Assembly (NCBI GenBank): GCA_003650925.1
Contig: QMSP01000006.1
Span: 18,971 to 82,970, forward strand
Direction: 5' to 3'
Length of the DNA: 64,000 nt
Source of the DNA: Thermoprotei archaeon
Lineage (GTDB): Archaea > Thermoproteota > Thermoprotei > QMSL01
Shown here: in pieces, positions 10,730 through 21,266 of the stretch
Layout of the letters: every line of letters begins with the position of its first letter
Numbering within the stretch: the first letter of the stretch is position 1
The notes under the pieces: model-generated
Database searches by the model: none
Seen by the model: the letters and a program-made list of their open reading frames with translations, nothing else
Told to the model about the DNA's origin: nothing
Position numbers and translations under genes: made by a program

Positions 10730-11590
10730 ATGCCAATCAGGATTAAGTCCAGGCCTCCAGCAGTGGCTGGAGCTTTTTATGAAGGCACTCCTGAGAGCTT
10801 GAGAAGACAGATCGAAGAATGCTTTCTACACCCTCTAGGTCCAGGAGCTTTACCTAAAGTGAATAGGGAGGGTCCAAGAAGAATAATAGGGCTGATATGT
10901 CCTCATGCTGGGTACATGTACTCAGGTCCAGTAGCTGCTCATGCCTATCATGCGCTCGCTAGCGATGGAGTCCCTGATGTAGTGGTAGTGCTAGGCCCTA
11001 ACCATTATGGAATAGGGTCGCCTCTTGCTATAATGAATCAAGGACACTGGGAAACTCCCCTAGGCGAAGTATCCATAGATGAGGACGTAGCCAACGCTAT
11101 AGTGGAGTATAGCGGAATAATTGAAGTCGATGATGTTGCTCATATGCGCGAGCACTCCATAGAGGTGCAGTTACCTTTCCTTCAGTATCTGTATGGAGAT
11201 TCGTTTAGATTTGTTCCCATAACTATGCTAATGCAGGATCTAGAATCTAGCAGAATAGTTGGAAGAGCTATAGCTAAGGCTATTGAGGACTTAAATGCTG
11301 TCATCATCGCTAGCACCGATTTCACTCACTATGAACCTCAGGAGAATGCAGAGAGAAAAGACCAAGAGGCCATAAAAAGGATCCTTGCCCTTGACCCTGA
11401 AGGCCTTGTCTCCGTTGTGAATAACCTTGCGATAAGCATGTGTGGCGTAGGGCCTGTTATAGCCATGCTGACAGCATGTAAGGAGCTTGGCGCTACTACA
11501 TGCGTATTATTAAAGTACGCTACTTCAGGTGATGTGACAGGAGATTACACCAGTGTCGTAGGCTATGGTGCTTTATCAGTACTCAAGTGA
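10730..11590 (+). CDS. MEMO1 family protein (AmmeMemoRadiSam protein B)
   Basis: PAVAGAFY, PHAGYMYSG, GPNH, EHSIEVQLPFLQ, STDFTHY. Confidence 0.93.
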   Translation: MPIRIKSRPPAVAGAFYEGTPESLRRQIEECFLHPLGPGALPKVNREGPRRIIGLICPHAGYMYSGPVAAHAYHALASDGVPDVVVVLGPNHYGIGSPLAIMNQGHWETPLGEVSIDEDVANAIVEYSGIIEVDDVAHMREHSIEVQLPFLQYLYGDSFRFVPITMLMQDLESSRIVGRAIAKAIEDLNAVIIASTDFTHYEPQENAERKDQEAIKRILALDPEGLVSVVNNLAISMCGVGPVIAMLTACKELGATTCVLLKYATSGDVTGDYTSVVGYGALSVLK

Positions 11591-12550
11591 AGTTCTAACG
11601 CCTTTCATGTCAAATTCTGCTCGATAAATAGCCTTTGCCAATTCCTTTATCGCCTGCACTATTTTCTCAGAGTCCTCTTTCCAACAAAGTACTATTACAG
11701 CCCCTCCGCCACCAGCACCCGTGAGCTTAGCTCCTAGAGCTCCTGCCTCTCTAGCTTTGTGCACTATTCTCTCTATGGCCATATTTGAAACACCTATGGC
11801 ATATAGCATTCCTTGGCATATGTTCATCAACTCGCCAACTCTCTCTATATTGCCCTCTCTTAAGCTATGAGCCATCTCTATGACTAGATGTCCTGCAGCA
11901 TGATAAAGAGGCATAAAGACCTCTGGATACCTGTCATATAACCTTAGAACTTTTTCAACTAAGGCTCCTGTACTTCTCTCAATGCCTGTATCAGCCACTA
12001 TTATCTCGCATTGTTCAAGCCCTTTAACTTCAAGGGGGAGAAAACCCTCGCCTCTTCTATAAGCTATGACTCCTCCATAGGTGGCTATGGTGTTATCTAT
12101 ACCGCTTGGACTCTTATGCACTATCTTCTCAGCTTCATATGCTATACTGGATATGTCCTCCTTGGAGAGTTTTAGCCCAAGGTACTCAGCATAGGCTGCA
12201 GTCAGTGCTACGGCCGTTGATGCTGAAGAGCCCAGACCTACTGCCACTGGAATCTCCGAGTCTATTACTATATATGCTGGCTTGAGCTCACTTAACTTCT
12301 TCAAGCATTCAATGACCTTTATGAACTGCTTCATCCTATTCACTTGCCCTTCTATTCTGCTTAGGTCTGCGCTAAGCCTTATCCTTATCCCTAGGTTCTT
12401 AGCGTCTATTTCTATCCATGGCTTATCATGCTCTTTAACGTAGACCTTGGCTTTCAATCCTATTGCCGCAGCTATGGCTGGCTCATTCTTAACTACGAAG
12501 TGTTCTCCAGCCAGTATTATCTTGCCAGGAGCCTCGCTCACTACTCTCAT
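11576..12550 (-). CDS. mvk: Mevalonate kinase (GHMP kinase)
   Basis: APGKIILAGEHFVV, PVAVGLGSSA, SGIDN, KLTGAGGGG. Confidence 0.93.
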   Translation of the reverse strand: MRVVSEAPGKIILAGEHFVVKNEPAIAAAIGLKAKVYVKEHDKPWIEIDAKNLGIRIRLSADLSRIEGQVNRMKQFIKVIECLKKLSELKPAYIVIDSEIPVAVGLGSSASTAVALTAAYAEYLGLKLSKEDISSIAYEAEKIVHKSPSGIDNTIATYGGVIAYRRGEGFLPLEVKGLEQCEIIVADTGIERSTGALVEKVLRLYDRYPEVFMPLYHAAGHLVIEMAHSLREGNIERVGELMNICQGMLYAIGVSNMAIERIVHKAREAGALGAKLTGAGGGGAVIVLCWKEDSEKIVQAIKELAKAIYRAEFDMKGVRTSLEY

Positions 12551-12640
12551 ATCATCACTTCCCAGTAAGCATACCTCTACCTCTCTATCTCAAGAGGTAA
12601 GAATTTATCATATTTCCTCTTAGCTTAACATGGTGCTGTT

Positions 12641-13753
12641 ATGGGTCGCTCTAGAACTGTGTCTCAACGTAAATTTGATCATCTCTCCATATGCCTTAGG
12701 AGAAACGTGGAGAATAAGGGCACTGGCACGTGGTTCGATGAAGTTCAATTTGTCCACTACGCTGTACCAAACTTTGATTTAAATGACGTAGACATCACTG
12801 TCAACTTCTTAGGGAGAGACTTCAAAGCCCCCATCATAATAGCAGGTATGACAGGGGGTCATGAAACAGCAGCTAGGATAAATGCTGAACTTGCTAGAGT
12901 AGCTGAGGAGCTAGGCATCGGAATGGGTGTAGGTAGCCAAAGAGCTGCTATAGAGAACCCTCGGCTTGCCTATACGTATGCTATAGTACGTGAGACCGCT
13001 CCCAACGCCTTCATAATAGCCAATATAGGAGCTGCTCAGATAGCGAGAGGATATAGCATAGATGAAGTAAAGAGAATAATTAACATGGTCAAGGCAAATG
13101 CCCTTGCTGTACACTTCAATCCTGCACACGAGTGCTTACAACTGGAAGGAGAGCCATCGTTTAAAGGCTCACTAGATAAGTTAAGGGAGATAACCAGCAC
13201 CCTTGAGGTGCCAGTTATAGCCAAGGAAGTGGGATTTGGAATTTCGAAGGAAGCAGCTGAAGCGCTCGCTAAGGTTGGAGTAAGAGCTATTGACGTAGGA
13301 GGATCTGGAGGCACTAATTGGGCACTTGTGGAGTACTACAGAGCGAAGAAGAGTCGAAGCAAGATACATGAGAGATTATGCAAGCTTTTGATTGACTGGG
13401 GTATACCCACTGCCGTAAGCATATGTGAGGTAAGATCAGTTCTCCCGAAGATTCCCTTAATAGCCACGGGTGGTATCAGAACTGGGCTCGATATAGCCAA
13501 AGCTATAGCCCTTGGAGCTGATGTAGTCGGCATAGGTCTTCCACTATTAAGACTAGCGTATAAGGGAGGTAGCAATGCAGTCATAAGTGAACTTAGAGCT
13601 ATAATCCATGAGCTTAAGGTCGTGATGTTCCTCGTAGGAGCTCAAACGCTCTATGAGCTGAGAGAAGTGCCGCTCATCTTAGGACCTAGGCTCTCTAGAT
13701 GGTTGAAATTAAGAGGCATAGATCCAGAGGAGTTCAGCAGGTCTAGAGCCTAG
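12641..13753 (+). CDS. fni: Type 2 isopentenyl-diphosphate delta-isomerase
   Basis: RKFDHL, GMTGG, GSQR, KEVGFG, GGTNW, WGIPT. Confidence 0.96.
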   Translation: MGRSRTVSQRKFDHLSICLRRNVENKGTGTWFDEVQFVHYAVPNFDLNDVDITVNFLGRDFKAPIIIAGMTGGHETAARINAELARVAEELGIGMGVGSQRAAIENPRLAYTYAIVRETAPNAFIIANIGAAQIARGYSIDEVKRIINMVKANALAVHFNPAHECLQLEGEPSFKGSLDKLREITSTLEVPVIAKEVGFGISKEAAEALAKVGVRAIDVGGSGGTNWALVEYYRAKKSRSKIHERLCKLLIDWGIPTAVSICEVRSVLPKIPLIATGGIRTGLDIAKAIALGADVVGIGLPLLRLAYKGGSNAVISELRAIIHELKVVMFLVGAQTLYELREVPLILGPRLSRWLKLRGIDPEEFSRSRA

Positions 13754-14151
13754 ACTCTGCGTCCTCTTCTCCCGCCCTTTCGCCTTATGCTATCATGAGG
13801 TATTGGAGTTACGTCTTCTATTCTTCCTATTATTAGCCCTGACCTCGCTAGAGCTCTTATAGCAGGCCCTGCTCCAGGGCCTGGGGTCTTGGACTTAACT
13901 CCTCCCGGAGCTCTTACCTTTATGTGTACAGCGTTTATTCCTTTAGCTAAGGCCTCCTGAGCTGCCTTCATGGCGGCTTGCATAGCTGCATAAGGTGAGG
14001 GCTTCTCCCTATCAGCCTTCACCACCATTCCTCCACTAGCTCTAGCTATAGTTTCTGCGCCTGTGAGGTCGGTTATTATGATTATTGTGTTGTTCTGGCT
14101 TGCATATATGTGAGCTATACCCCATCTAAGCTTTGGAGGATTTGTGCTCAT
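13750..14151 (-). CDS. rps11: 30S ribosomal protein S11
   Basis: [32 protein letters not shown]. Confidence 0.98.
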   Translation of the reverse strand: MSTNPPKLRWGIAHIYASQNNTIIIITDLTGAETIARASGGMVVKADREKPSPYAAMQAAMKAAQEALAKGINAVHIKVRAPGGVKSKTPGPGAGPAIRALARSGLIIGRIEDVTPIPHDSIRRKGGRRGRRV

Positions 14152-14155
14152 CTAT

Positions 14156-14671
14156 TCAACCCCCCACTATCTGCTTAGCTTTCTCCTTGATAGGAGAAGT
14201 AGGAGCATAGTCCACAAGAGGCTCCTCCTCTCTTGAAACTAAATACCCTGGGCTAGTAACCCTTCTCTCTCCAATAGCTATATGCCCATGGACTATAAAC
14301 TGTCTAGCTTGATATATTGTTCTCGCCAGTCCCTTCTTGTACACTATGGTCTGCAGTCTTCTCTCTAGAATATCCTCGACAGTAAGATTCAGAATGTCGT
14401 CAACTGTTCCTTCAGGATTATTAAGAATGCCCATCCTGTACAGTCTGTGAACAAGCGCCTTCTCTCTCCTCCTTCTCTCCTCCTCTGGGAGAGCTAGCAG
14501 AACCCTAGCTTTTCTTCTTATCTCACTGAGCATGGTCTTGGCAATCCAGAGTTCTCTTTTGTTTCTAAGTCCGTATTTGCCCATGAGTTCAAGCTCCTGC
14601 TCAAGCACATCCTTTCTCCATGGATGCCTAGGTCCTCTCCACTTCTTCCTAGGCTTTTTTGGATCTCCCAT
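14156..14671 (-). CDS. rps4: 30S ribosomal protein S4
   Basis: [36 protein letters not shown]. Confidence 0.98.
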   Translation of the reverse strand: MGDPKKPRKKWRGPRHPWRKDVLEQELELMGKYGLRNKRELWIAKTMLSEIRRKARVLLALPEEERRRREKALVHRLYRMGILNNPEGTVDDILNLTVEDILERRLQTIVYKKGLARTIYQARQFIVHGHIAIGERRVTSPGYLVSREEEPLVDYAPTSPIKEKAKQIVGG

Positions 14672-14689
14672 TCACACACCCCTCCTAGT

Positions 14690-15139
14690 CTACTTCTTCG
14701 GCTTCTTTGTAACGCCTATAGTGACACCAGTCCTGCCTGTCGTCCTTGTTCTCTGACCTCTCACCTTAAGCCCTAGTGAGTGCCTTATTCCTCTCCAACA
14801 TTTTATCTTCTTCAGAAGTTCAACATCCGCTCTGACTGCAAGCACAAGATCTGAACCTACAAGATGCACATCTTTCCCTGTCCTAGGATCTTTAGGCCTA
14901 TTACAGAACCATCCTGGAACATATTCGTGAAGTTTTCTTATAACCTCCTCAACCTTCCTTAGCTCCGCATCACTAAGCTCTCCTAGCCTTCTTCTGGTAT
15001 CAATGCCTACTATTCTGCACACTGCCACTGCGGTATTCCATCCTATTCCGCATATCCTAGCGAGAGCTTCAACTACATTTCTAGTACCATCTAGGTCTGT
15101 TTCAGCTAGCCTCACTACATACTTGAACTCTTCTGACAT
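14690..15139 (-). CDS. rps13: 30S ribosomal protein S13
   Basis: WRGIRHSLGLKVRGQRTRTTGR. Confidence 0.98.
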   Translation of the reverse strand: MSEEFKYVVRLAETDLDGTRNVVEALARICGIGWNTAVAVCRIVGIDTRRRLGELSDAELRKVEEVIRKLHEYVPGWFCNRPKDPRTGKDVHLVGSDLVLAVRADVELLKKIKCWRGIRHSLGLKVRGQRTRTTGRTGVTIGVTKKPKK

Positions 15140-15219
15140 GGAATCACCTCAATCTTAGCATGTGTACCTCTTAGCTCCTTAGTAGAGAAGGCTAAATTAA
15201 TCTTTTTCCCTTTGATGAA

Positions 15220-16255
15220 CTATGACTTATGATGTTTCTTCTTCCATAGCGGAGGATACGTCCCTCTCTTCATTATCACTCTAATAGGCTTAACTGCTAG
15301 CCCCTTCTCTTCCCTATACATCTCCTCACTCGTCATAAGAGCTCTTCCTAGAGCCACTAGTTCACCCTTCTGAGTCATGACTGCAACAAGGCTTCCTCTT
15401 TTTATCCCAGTCTCTATCTTCAATATGCCTGGTACAGCTAGTACTGCGCCATGACAGATAGCATCCACAGCAGAGTCCCTTATGAACACCTTGGGTAGAT
15501 GCTCTACAGCTTTCTCAACTGGCTGTATCACTCTTCGAATCCACCTCTCATCCTCATCCTCTTTCCAAAAACTGTAGGCATCAACTAGGTCATGTAAAGT
15601 AGACAGCGTCTCGTCCTCCTTGAATGGTCCTACTCTAGTCCTTCTTAACTCCTTCATGTGAGCTCCTACGCCTAGTACTTCACCAATATCGTGGCATAGC
15701 TTCCTTATGTAAGTTCCAGCCTCACATCCAACTCTCATTAGAACGTTCCTTCCTTCAACTTCAAGTACGTCAATATAATAGACCTTCTTTATTCTCACTA
15801 CTCTTTTGACAGAGGATCTTAATGGTGGCCTTTGATAGATAAGGCCCACGAATTGACTACATACCTCCTTTATTCTCTCCTCGGGTACGTCTCCATGAAG
15901 TCTCATGATACATACGTATTCTTTCCCTGCTTCCAATAATGCTCTTACTACTCTAGTGCCCCTTCCTAATGTGATAGGGAGTATGCCTGAGACCTTGGGA
16001 TGTCCCCGCCCCTTAATGAGGCTCTAGGGTCCCTCCATGCCCTGCTCTCTCTATGCCCAATATCCTCTTCACCCAGGCTACTACTTCATGACTAGTCGGT
16101 CCTGGAGGTTTGTCAAGGTTTATCACACCATATTCTAGGAGCTGTTCAATGGTTCGCTTTTCAGGAGGACATCCATATCTCGGGTCGGTAGGCTCCTCAT
16201 CCTTGATCAAGACTTCCCTCTTAATAGTCCATGGAGGTGTGAGGCTTGTGCTCAT
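15220..16255 (-). CDS. cbf5: H/ACA RNA-guided pseudouridine synthase Cbf5, split by a 22-nt intron (exons 16255-16024 and 16001-15220)
   Basis: [11 protein letters not shown]; splicing restores [15 protein letters not shown]; [12 protein letters not shown] and PUA domain. Confidence 0.95.
16002..16023 (-). other. Archaeal bulge-helix-bulge mRNA intron in cbf5
   Basis: GGGA-CCCU-AGA-GCCUC-AUUAA-GGGGC-GGGG-ACA-UCCC forms a canonical hBHBh motif; cuts after the 2nd bulge nt regenerate the catalytic Asp codon GAU. Confidence 0.93.
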
Positions 16256-16264
16256 GGATCACAC

Positions 16265-16549
16265 CTAGAATTTGGGCTTTAATTTCTCCCTCATCATGTC
16301 TATGAGCCCTGCCTCCTCTAATGCCTTCTTAACCTCTTCATCGCTGGCCCCTCGACGTATGTTTATCTTTACTGGTGTAGGCTCTAGATGTTTCACATTA
16401 GCCCTTCGTCTTTTAACGCCCGATATATCCTTTGGGCCTGTTACAAGGACGAACTTATCATCTATTATATCAACGACGACACACTTCCTTCCAGCTTCTC
16501 TTCCCATAGTTTTTACACATATCCTTCCTATATCAAAGACAGCTGGCAT
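16265..16549 (-). CDS. rpl14e: 50S ribosomal protein L14e
   Basis: [29 protein letters not shown]. Confidence 0.96.
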   Translation of the reverse strand: MPAVFDIGRICVKTMGREAGRKCVVVDIIDDKFVLVTGPKDISGVKRRRANVKHLEPTPVKINIRRGASDEEVKKALEEAGLIDMMREKLKPKF

Positions 16550-16630
16550 AGTTATCCCCCTAAGCTCCTTGTGAGAGGTTAAATTAAGCTTTCTGATAAT
16601 TGACGCCTAGCCCTTATGTATCGAAAATAT

Positions 16631-17182
16631 TTACATCTTCCTCTGGCTCTCGATGTATTCTTCCACTATGGTCTTTACAATTCTTTTGACTGATTCAACG
16701 CTGAACTTTGATGTATCTATGATCACGTCAAAGGCGCTTAAGTCCCTTATATCAATGCCATAGAACTCTAAGTACCTTTTTCTATTGCTTTCCTCCCTTC
16801 GCAGAATTTCTCTCATTGACTCTTCAATGCTTTTCCCATCTCTTATAGCCAACCTCTTTGCTCTCTCCTCGAGAGGAGCTGTCAAATATATCTTTAAGTC
16901 AGCATGATCTCTAGCAATCCAGCCTGTAAGATGACCATCTAGAACTACATCGCCCTTCTTTGCCTCTTCAATAGTTCTTTGATCAACCATGAGGTCATAT
17001 TTCTTGTCCTTCTCTGCTAATCTGTGAAATTCCTCAAGGCTTATATTCAGCTCTTGTGCCAATCTTCTGAATAAATTCCCTGCAGATACGTATCTTAGTC
17101 CGAACTCCTTTGCGAGAAACCTGGCTATGGTACTCTTGCCAGAGGCGGGTGGTCCGCTTACAGCTATAACCAGCTTCTTCAT
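16631..17182 (-). CDS. cmk: Cytidylate kinase
   Basis: P-loop SGPPASGKST, SAGNLFR, YGID; position between L34e and L14e. Confidence 0.9.
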   Translation of the reverse strand: MKKLVIAVSGPPASGKSTIARFLAKEFGLRYVSAGNLFRRLAQELNISLEEFHRLAEKDKKYDLMVDQRTIEEAKKGDVVLDGHLTGWIARDHADLKIYLTAPLEERAKRLAIRDGKSIEESMREILRREESNRKRYLEFYGIDIRDLSAFDVIIDTSKFSVESVKRIVKTIVEEYIESQRKM

Positions 17183-17451
17183 GCTAGTACACCTGATATT
17201 ATTCTCACTGCTCTCTTTATTGCATCTCTAAGGCACTTTGGACATACACACCCAGCATATGGCCTTCCTGGAGTTCTAAATCCCTCTCTAGCCGCTTTTC
17301 TGTCCATTCTTGGCATGTTGAGTGGTTGCTTACATATAGCACATCTTGGCGGATTTACTTTTCGCCTCTCATAGTGCACTGTAGTTCTTCCTCCTGGAGT
17401 TCTCAAGTATATTCTTCTCCAGCTCCTCGACCTGTGAGTAGGCCTTGGCAA
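17179..17451 (-). CDS. rpl34e: 50S ribosomal protein L34e
   Basis: RTPGGRTTVHY, CAIC, RPYAGCVCPKC. Confidence 0.94.
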   Translation of the reverse strand: MPRPTHRSRSWRRIYLRTPGGRTTVHYERRKVNPPRCAICKQPLNMPRMDRKAAREGFRTPGRPYAGCVCPKCLRDAIKRAVRIISGVLA

Positions 17452-17488
17452 GGTATCTCCTCCCCAGTGCACTTTAGGCTTCTCTCTT

Positions 17489-17998
17489 CTAAGTTTTTCT
17501 CCTCTTTCCTCTCTGAGCAGGCTTAAGAAATCTCTGGAAGATAAAGGACATCGAAAATATCGCTATGATATACCATGTGTTGAAATCAAGCCATATGTTG
17601 AGTAGAGGAAAGAATGCTACTTTACTCGTACCCACTACATCTTTGAATATCGACCAAAGAGCTATGACAGGCACGAACATTATAGCGAAGACTTTGAAGT
17701 TCTCCCTCATGATCTCATAGCGAAGCTTCTCTATGTAGGGCTTTCTCCTCATGAGCTTGTCTATGGCCTTCTTATCCGCTCTTTTTAAAGCCCTCAGGTA
17801 CTCGGCATCCCATTTGGCCACTTCCTGCTGATATCTGGCCAATTTAGCCCTGTCCACTGCCTTATGTCCTACAAGGATACTTAAAGCCTCTATTAATAAG
17901 CACAACAGGATTACTGTTATCGTAGTAAGAGGCCATACAGTCATGGGCCCTAGGAGTGCTCTAAGCGCTTTTATGATCATGCCATAGAGGTCAAACAT
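17489..17998 (-). CDS. DUF106 / EMC3-TMCO1 (Oxa1 superfamily) membrane protein
   Basis: TM, coiled coil, then two TMs, WYII near C-terminus; usual position upstream of rpl34e. Confidence 0.75.
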   Translation of the reverse strand: MFDLYGMIIKALRALLGPMTVWPLTTITVILLCLLIEALSILVGHKAVDRAKLARYQQEVAKWDAEYLRALKRADKKAIDKLMRRKPYIEKLRYEIMRENFKVFAIMFVPVIALWSIFKDVVGTSKVAFFPLLNIWLDFNTWYIIAIFSMSFIFQRFLKPAQRGKRRKT

Positions 17999-18150
17999 GA
18001 TTCATGTCCTCCTCTATACTCTTTGTTAACTTCTACCTATTAACTTCCTCGCGGCTTAGGCATGTGTGCTGTATGGTTGTGAATAGAGTTAAAGTTTAAA
18101 TATTATATTTCTAATTGGTGTTTCAGACCATAGGCGTGTGGGTGTATAGT

Positions 18151-19446
18151 ATGACCACCAAGCCCCACCTCAACCTCGTAATAATAGGACATGTAGACCA
18201 TGGTAAATCAACCCTAGTAGGCCATCTGCTGTATTTGACAGGGCAATACGATGAAAAGAAGCTCAAGGAAATAGAGCAATTAGCCTCAAAGATGGGAAAA
18301 GAGGACATGAAGTGGGCATGGATACTTGATAAGCTAAAGGAAGAGCGAGAACGTGGAGTAACAATAGACTTAGCATTCATGAAGTTTGAGACCAAAAGGT
18401 ACTTCTTCACTATCATAGATGCTCCAGGACATCGAGACTTCGTCAAGAACATGGTTACTGGTGCGTCACAAGCCGACTGTGCTATACTAGTGGTATCCGC
18501 TAAGGAAGGAGAGTTTGAAGCTGGGATGAGTCCTCTTGGTCAGACTAGGGAGCATCTCTTCCTTGCAAAGACCATGGGCATAGACCAAGTAGTAGTGGCC
18601 ATTAACAAAATGGATACAGTCAACTGGAGCAAGGAGAGGTATGAACAGATAAGAGAGCAGCTAGCTAGGTTCATGAGAGGCCTTGGATATAAAGTTACTG
18701 AGATTCACTTCGTACCTGTATCAGCATGGACTGGAGATAATCTTGTATCCAAGAGTGACAAAATGCCATGGTATGATGGGCCCACACTACTTGAGGCCTT
18801 GGACTCCTTCAGGGAGCCACCCAGACCAATTGACAAGCCTCTGAGGATACCTATCCAGGACGTGTACTCGATAACAGGCGTTGGCACAGTGCCTGTAGGA
18901 AGAGTTGAAACAGGTGTTCTGAAGGTAGGCGATAGAGTAGTCTTCATGCCAGCTAATAAGTCAGGCGAAGTTAGGTCGATTGAAACTCACCATGTAAGGA
19001 TAAATGAGGCTAAGCCAGGAGATAATATAGGCTTTAACGTCAAAGGCATAGCTAGGCATGAGATAAGAAGAGGCGATGTAGCAGGTCATCCAACAAATCC
19101 CCCCACAGTAGCAGAGGAGTTCGTAGGCAGAATACTAGTGCTGTACCATCCCACATCAATATTCGAAGGATATACCCCTGTACTCCACATACACACAGCC
19201 ACTGTACCATGTAAATTCGCTGAGCTCCTTAAGAAACTTGATAGGCGAACAGGCGTACCTATAGAGGATCATCCAAAGTACCTAAGGACAGGAGATGCTG
19301 CAGTAGTACGCTTTAAGCCATTGAAGCCAGTAGTGGTTGAGAAGTACTCTGACTTTCCACCACTCGGCAGGTTTGCAATAAGAGATTCTGGGAGAACTAT
19401 AGCTGCCGGCGTAGTAATTGATGTAAAGCCAGCTGAGCTTAAGTAG
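18151..19446 (+). CDS. tuf: Translation elongation factor EF-1alpha
   Basis: GHVDHGKST, ERERGVTI, DAPGHRDF, NKMD, LGRFAIRD. Confidence 0.98.
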   Translation: MTTKPHLNLVIIGHVDHGKSTLVGHLLYLTGQYDEKKLKEIEQLASKMGKEDMKWAWILDKLKEERERGVTIDLAFMKFETKRYFFTIIDAPGHRDFVKNMVTGASQADCAILVVSAKEGEFEAGMSPLGQTREHLFLAKTMGIDQVVVAINKMDTVNWSKERYEQIREQLARFMRGLGYKVTEIHFVPVSAWTGDNLVSKSDKMPWYDGPTLLEALDSFREPPRPIDKPLRIPIQDVYSITGVGTVPVGRVETGVLKVGDRVVFMPANKSGEVRSIETHHVRINEAKPGDNIGFNVKGIARHEIRRGDVAGHPTNPPTVAEEFVGRILVLYHPTSIFEGYTPVLHIHTATVPCKFAELLKKLDRRTGVPIEDHPKYLRTGDAAVVRFKPLKPVVVEKYSDFPPLGRFAIRDSGRTIAAGVVIDVKPAELK

Positions 19447-19526
19447 GAAAGATATCTTTAATCTTTTAATTCTCACTTAAAGTTTAAATAATTCCACTTC
19501 TATATCACCTAGCCTGGGGATTCTAA

Positions 19527-19835
19527 ATGGTCCGTAAGGCTAGGATTAAGCTCGTCAGTACCGATTACCGTAAGCTCAATGAAGTCTGTGAAGAAATAAA
19601 GAGAATAGCCCAGAAAACTGGAGTTCGTATGTCAGGCCCCATCCCTCTACCTACTAAGAGGCTTGTAGTGGTTACAAGAAAGGCTCCATCTGGAGAGGGC
19701 ACTCATACTTTTGACCACTGGGAAATGAGGCTTCACAAAAGGCTTATTGAAATGGACGCTGATGAAAGGGCTATGCGCCAGCTTATGAGAATTAGAGTTC
19801 CTGAGGAAGTTCATATAGAGATAGAGCTCATATGA
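19527..19835 (+). CDS. rps10: 30S ribosomal protein S10
   Basis: [20 protein letters not shown]. Confidence 0.98.
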   Translation: MVRKARIKLVSTDYRKLNEVCEEIKRIAQKTGVRMSGPIPLPTKRLVVVTRKAPSGEGTHTFDHWEMRLHKRLIEMDADERAMRQLMRIRVPEEVHIEIELI

Positions 19836-19862
19836 AATAGGCTGGAAAAGCTAATAAATTGC

Positions 19863-19911
19863 TATGAGAATTCTCTAAACCGCTGAGGGCAACCGATGAG
19901 GAGTTTGCCGA
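19863..19911 (+). ncRNA. Possible degenerate C/D box sRNA
   Basis: ATGAGAA-ttctctaaaccg-CTGA-gggcaacc-GATGA-ggagtttg-CCGA spacing; boxes imperfect. Confidence 0.35.
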
Positions 19912-19942
19912 GTGATGAGTGGTGATTGAACCCCTCTCTCAT

Positions 19943-20031
19943 GCCGGGGTGGCCGAGCGGACCAAGGCGCCGGCCTTGAGAGCCGGTGCCCCTTTGGGGG
20001 CGCGCGGGTTCGAATCCCGCCCCCGGCGCCA
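19943..20031 (+). tRNA. tRNA-Ser (anticodon TGA), CCA encoded, no intron
   Basis: GCCGGGG/CCCCGGC acceptor stem, CCGGC-CTTGAGA-GCCGG anticodon arm, long variable arm, GGTTCGAATCC. Confidence 0.97.
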
Positions 20032-20126
20032 TATGATAATCCACCAAGGCTCCTCCTATATGGTGAAGTTAGGCGCTCTTACACCCTCTATTCTCTCATT
20101 AAAGCTTGAGAACTCGAAATAGGATT

Positions 20127-20537
20127 CTACTCTTGGTCAAGCTCTGATAGAACCCTTCTAACAGCTTGTTTGACGTGCTCAAGCTCCATCTTAAGCCTTG
20201 AATACTGCTCATTCATCTCGATCCTTTTGATCAGCTCTCCTAAGTCATTTAGGAATCGCTCCAAATGCTCTTGTACGAGAACTGAAAAGCCCTTCGTAGT
20301 AGCGTACAGATTCTTTCTTCCAATCTTTCCAACTCTCTTTACGAGACCTTTTGCCTCAAGAGCTGTTAAGTTCTCGCTCATTGTACTTATACTGCATCCT
20401 AATAGCGAAGCTAGATAGTCTTGAGTGAGAGGCCCTAATAGCAGAAGAGCACTTAATATTCTGCCCTGACTTTCTGGTATACCAATTCTGTATAACAATT
20501 TAGTAAGCTCCCTGACTATCAGTAACAGGCTCTGCAC
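20127..20537 (-). CDS. MarR/TrmB-like winged-helix transcriptional regulator
   Basis: GPLTQDYLASLLGCSISTMSENLTALEAKGLV HTH. Confidence 0.8.
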   Translation of the reverse strand: MQSLLLIVRELTKLLYRIGIPESQGRILSALLLLGPLTQDYLASLLGCSISTMSENLTALEAKGLVKRVGKIGRKNLYATTKGFSVLVQEHLERFLNDLGELIKRIEMNEQYSRLKMELEHVKQAVRRVLSELDQE

Positions 20538-20547
20538 GATGCTACCC

Positions 20548-20572
20548 GTTCGATATTTTAAAAATATCGAAC
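20548..20572. promoter_or_regulatory. Perfect 12-bp inverted repeat, likely autoregulatory operator
   Basis: GTTCGATATTTT-A-AAAATATCGAAC 10 bp upstream of the regulator start. Confidence 0.6.
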
Positions 20573-20763
20573 TCTTAAAATTATGCCTTTCTAATAAACT
20601 GCTATTATTGACTTACTTTAACGTACTATATTCCTAGTTTTGAACTATTATATATCTCTTATTAGAAATTATCAGTTACTATTTATGGTGATGAGAACCT
20701 CCGTGTCCTGAACATGGTGAGCCTCTAGAGGCTATATTTTTTAAGAGTTATTTAGAAAAAATC

Positions 20764-21216
20764 ATGAGGGTTAGTCGTATGGGCAAGTTCAAGCAGGGAT
20801 ATGAATTTCTTGAACATACTGCTGATGCATACATTGCTGCCTATGGCAAAGACCTTAATGAAGCATTTGAGAATGCTGCTAAGGCTATGTTTGATGTCAT
20901 GACCGACGTTAACACTATAGAGCCAAAGGAGGAGATATCAGTAGAGGTTGAAGCTGAGGACCTTAAAGAACTCCTCCACAACTGGCTGGAGGCTCTACTT
21001 CTAACATTTGATGAAAAGCGCTTGGTCTTCTCAGAGTTTAAAGTCAATATTGAGAAGCTAGATGGTGGATATAGGCTGAGAGGAGTTGCAAAAGGCGAAC
21101 CTTTCAATCCTGACAAACATCCTCCCGAAGTAGAAGTCAAAGCCATAACATACTCTCTGATGGAGATCAAAGAAGATGAGGAAGGAGCCTACGTGAAATT
21201 CGTCTTGGACATATAG
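20764..21216 (+). CDS. Archease
   Basis: [20 protein letters not shown]; adjacent to rtcB. Confidence 0.95.
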   Translation: MRVSRMGKFKQGYEFLEHTADAYIAAYGKDLNEAFENAAKAMFDVMTDVNTIEPKEEISVEVEAEDLKELLHNWLEALLLTFDEKRLVFSEFKVNIEKLDGGYRLRGVAKGEPFNPDKHPPEVEVKAITYSLMEIKEDEEGAYVKFVLDI

Positions 21217-21266
21217 ACCACTCAATATTTTTAACCCCCAACAACTATTCCTTTAACGGTGTCTAT

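Noticed and set aside
20688-20734. C/D-like GTGATGA...CTGA...ATGGTGA
   Set aside because: No terminal D box and no recognisable target
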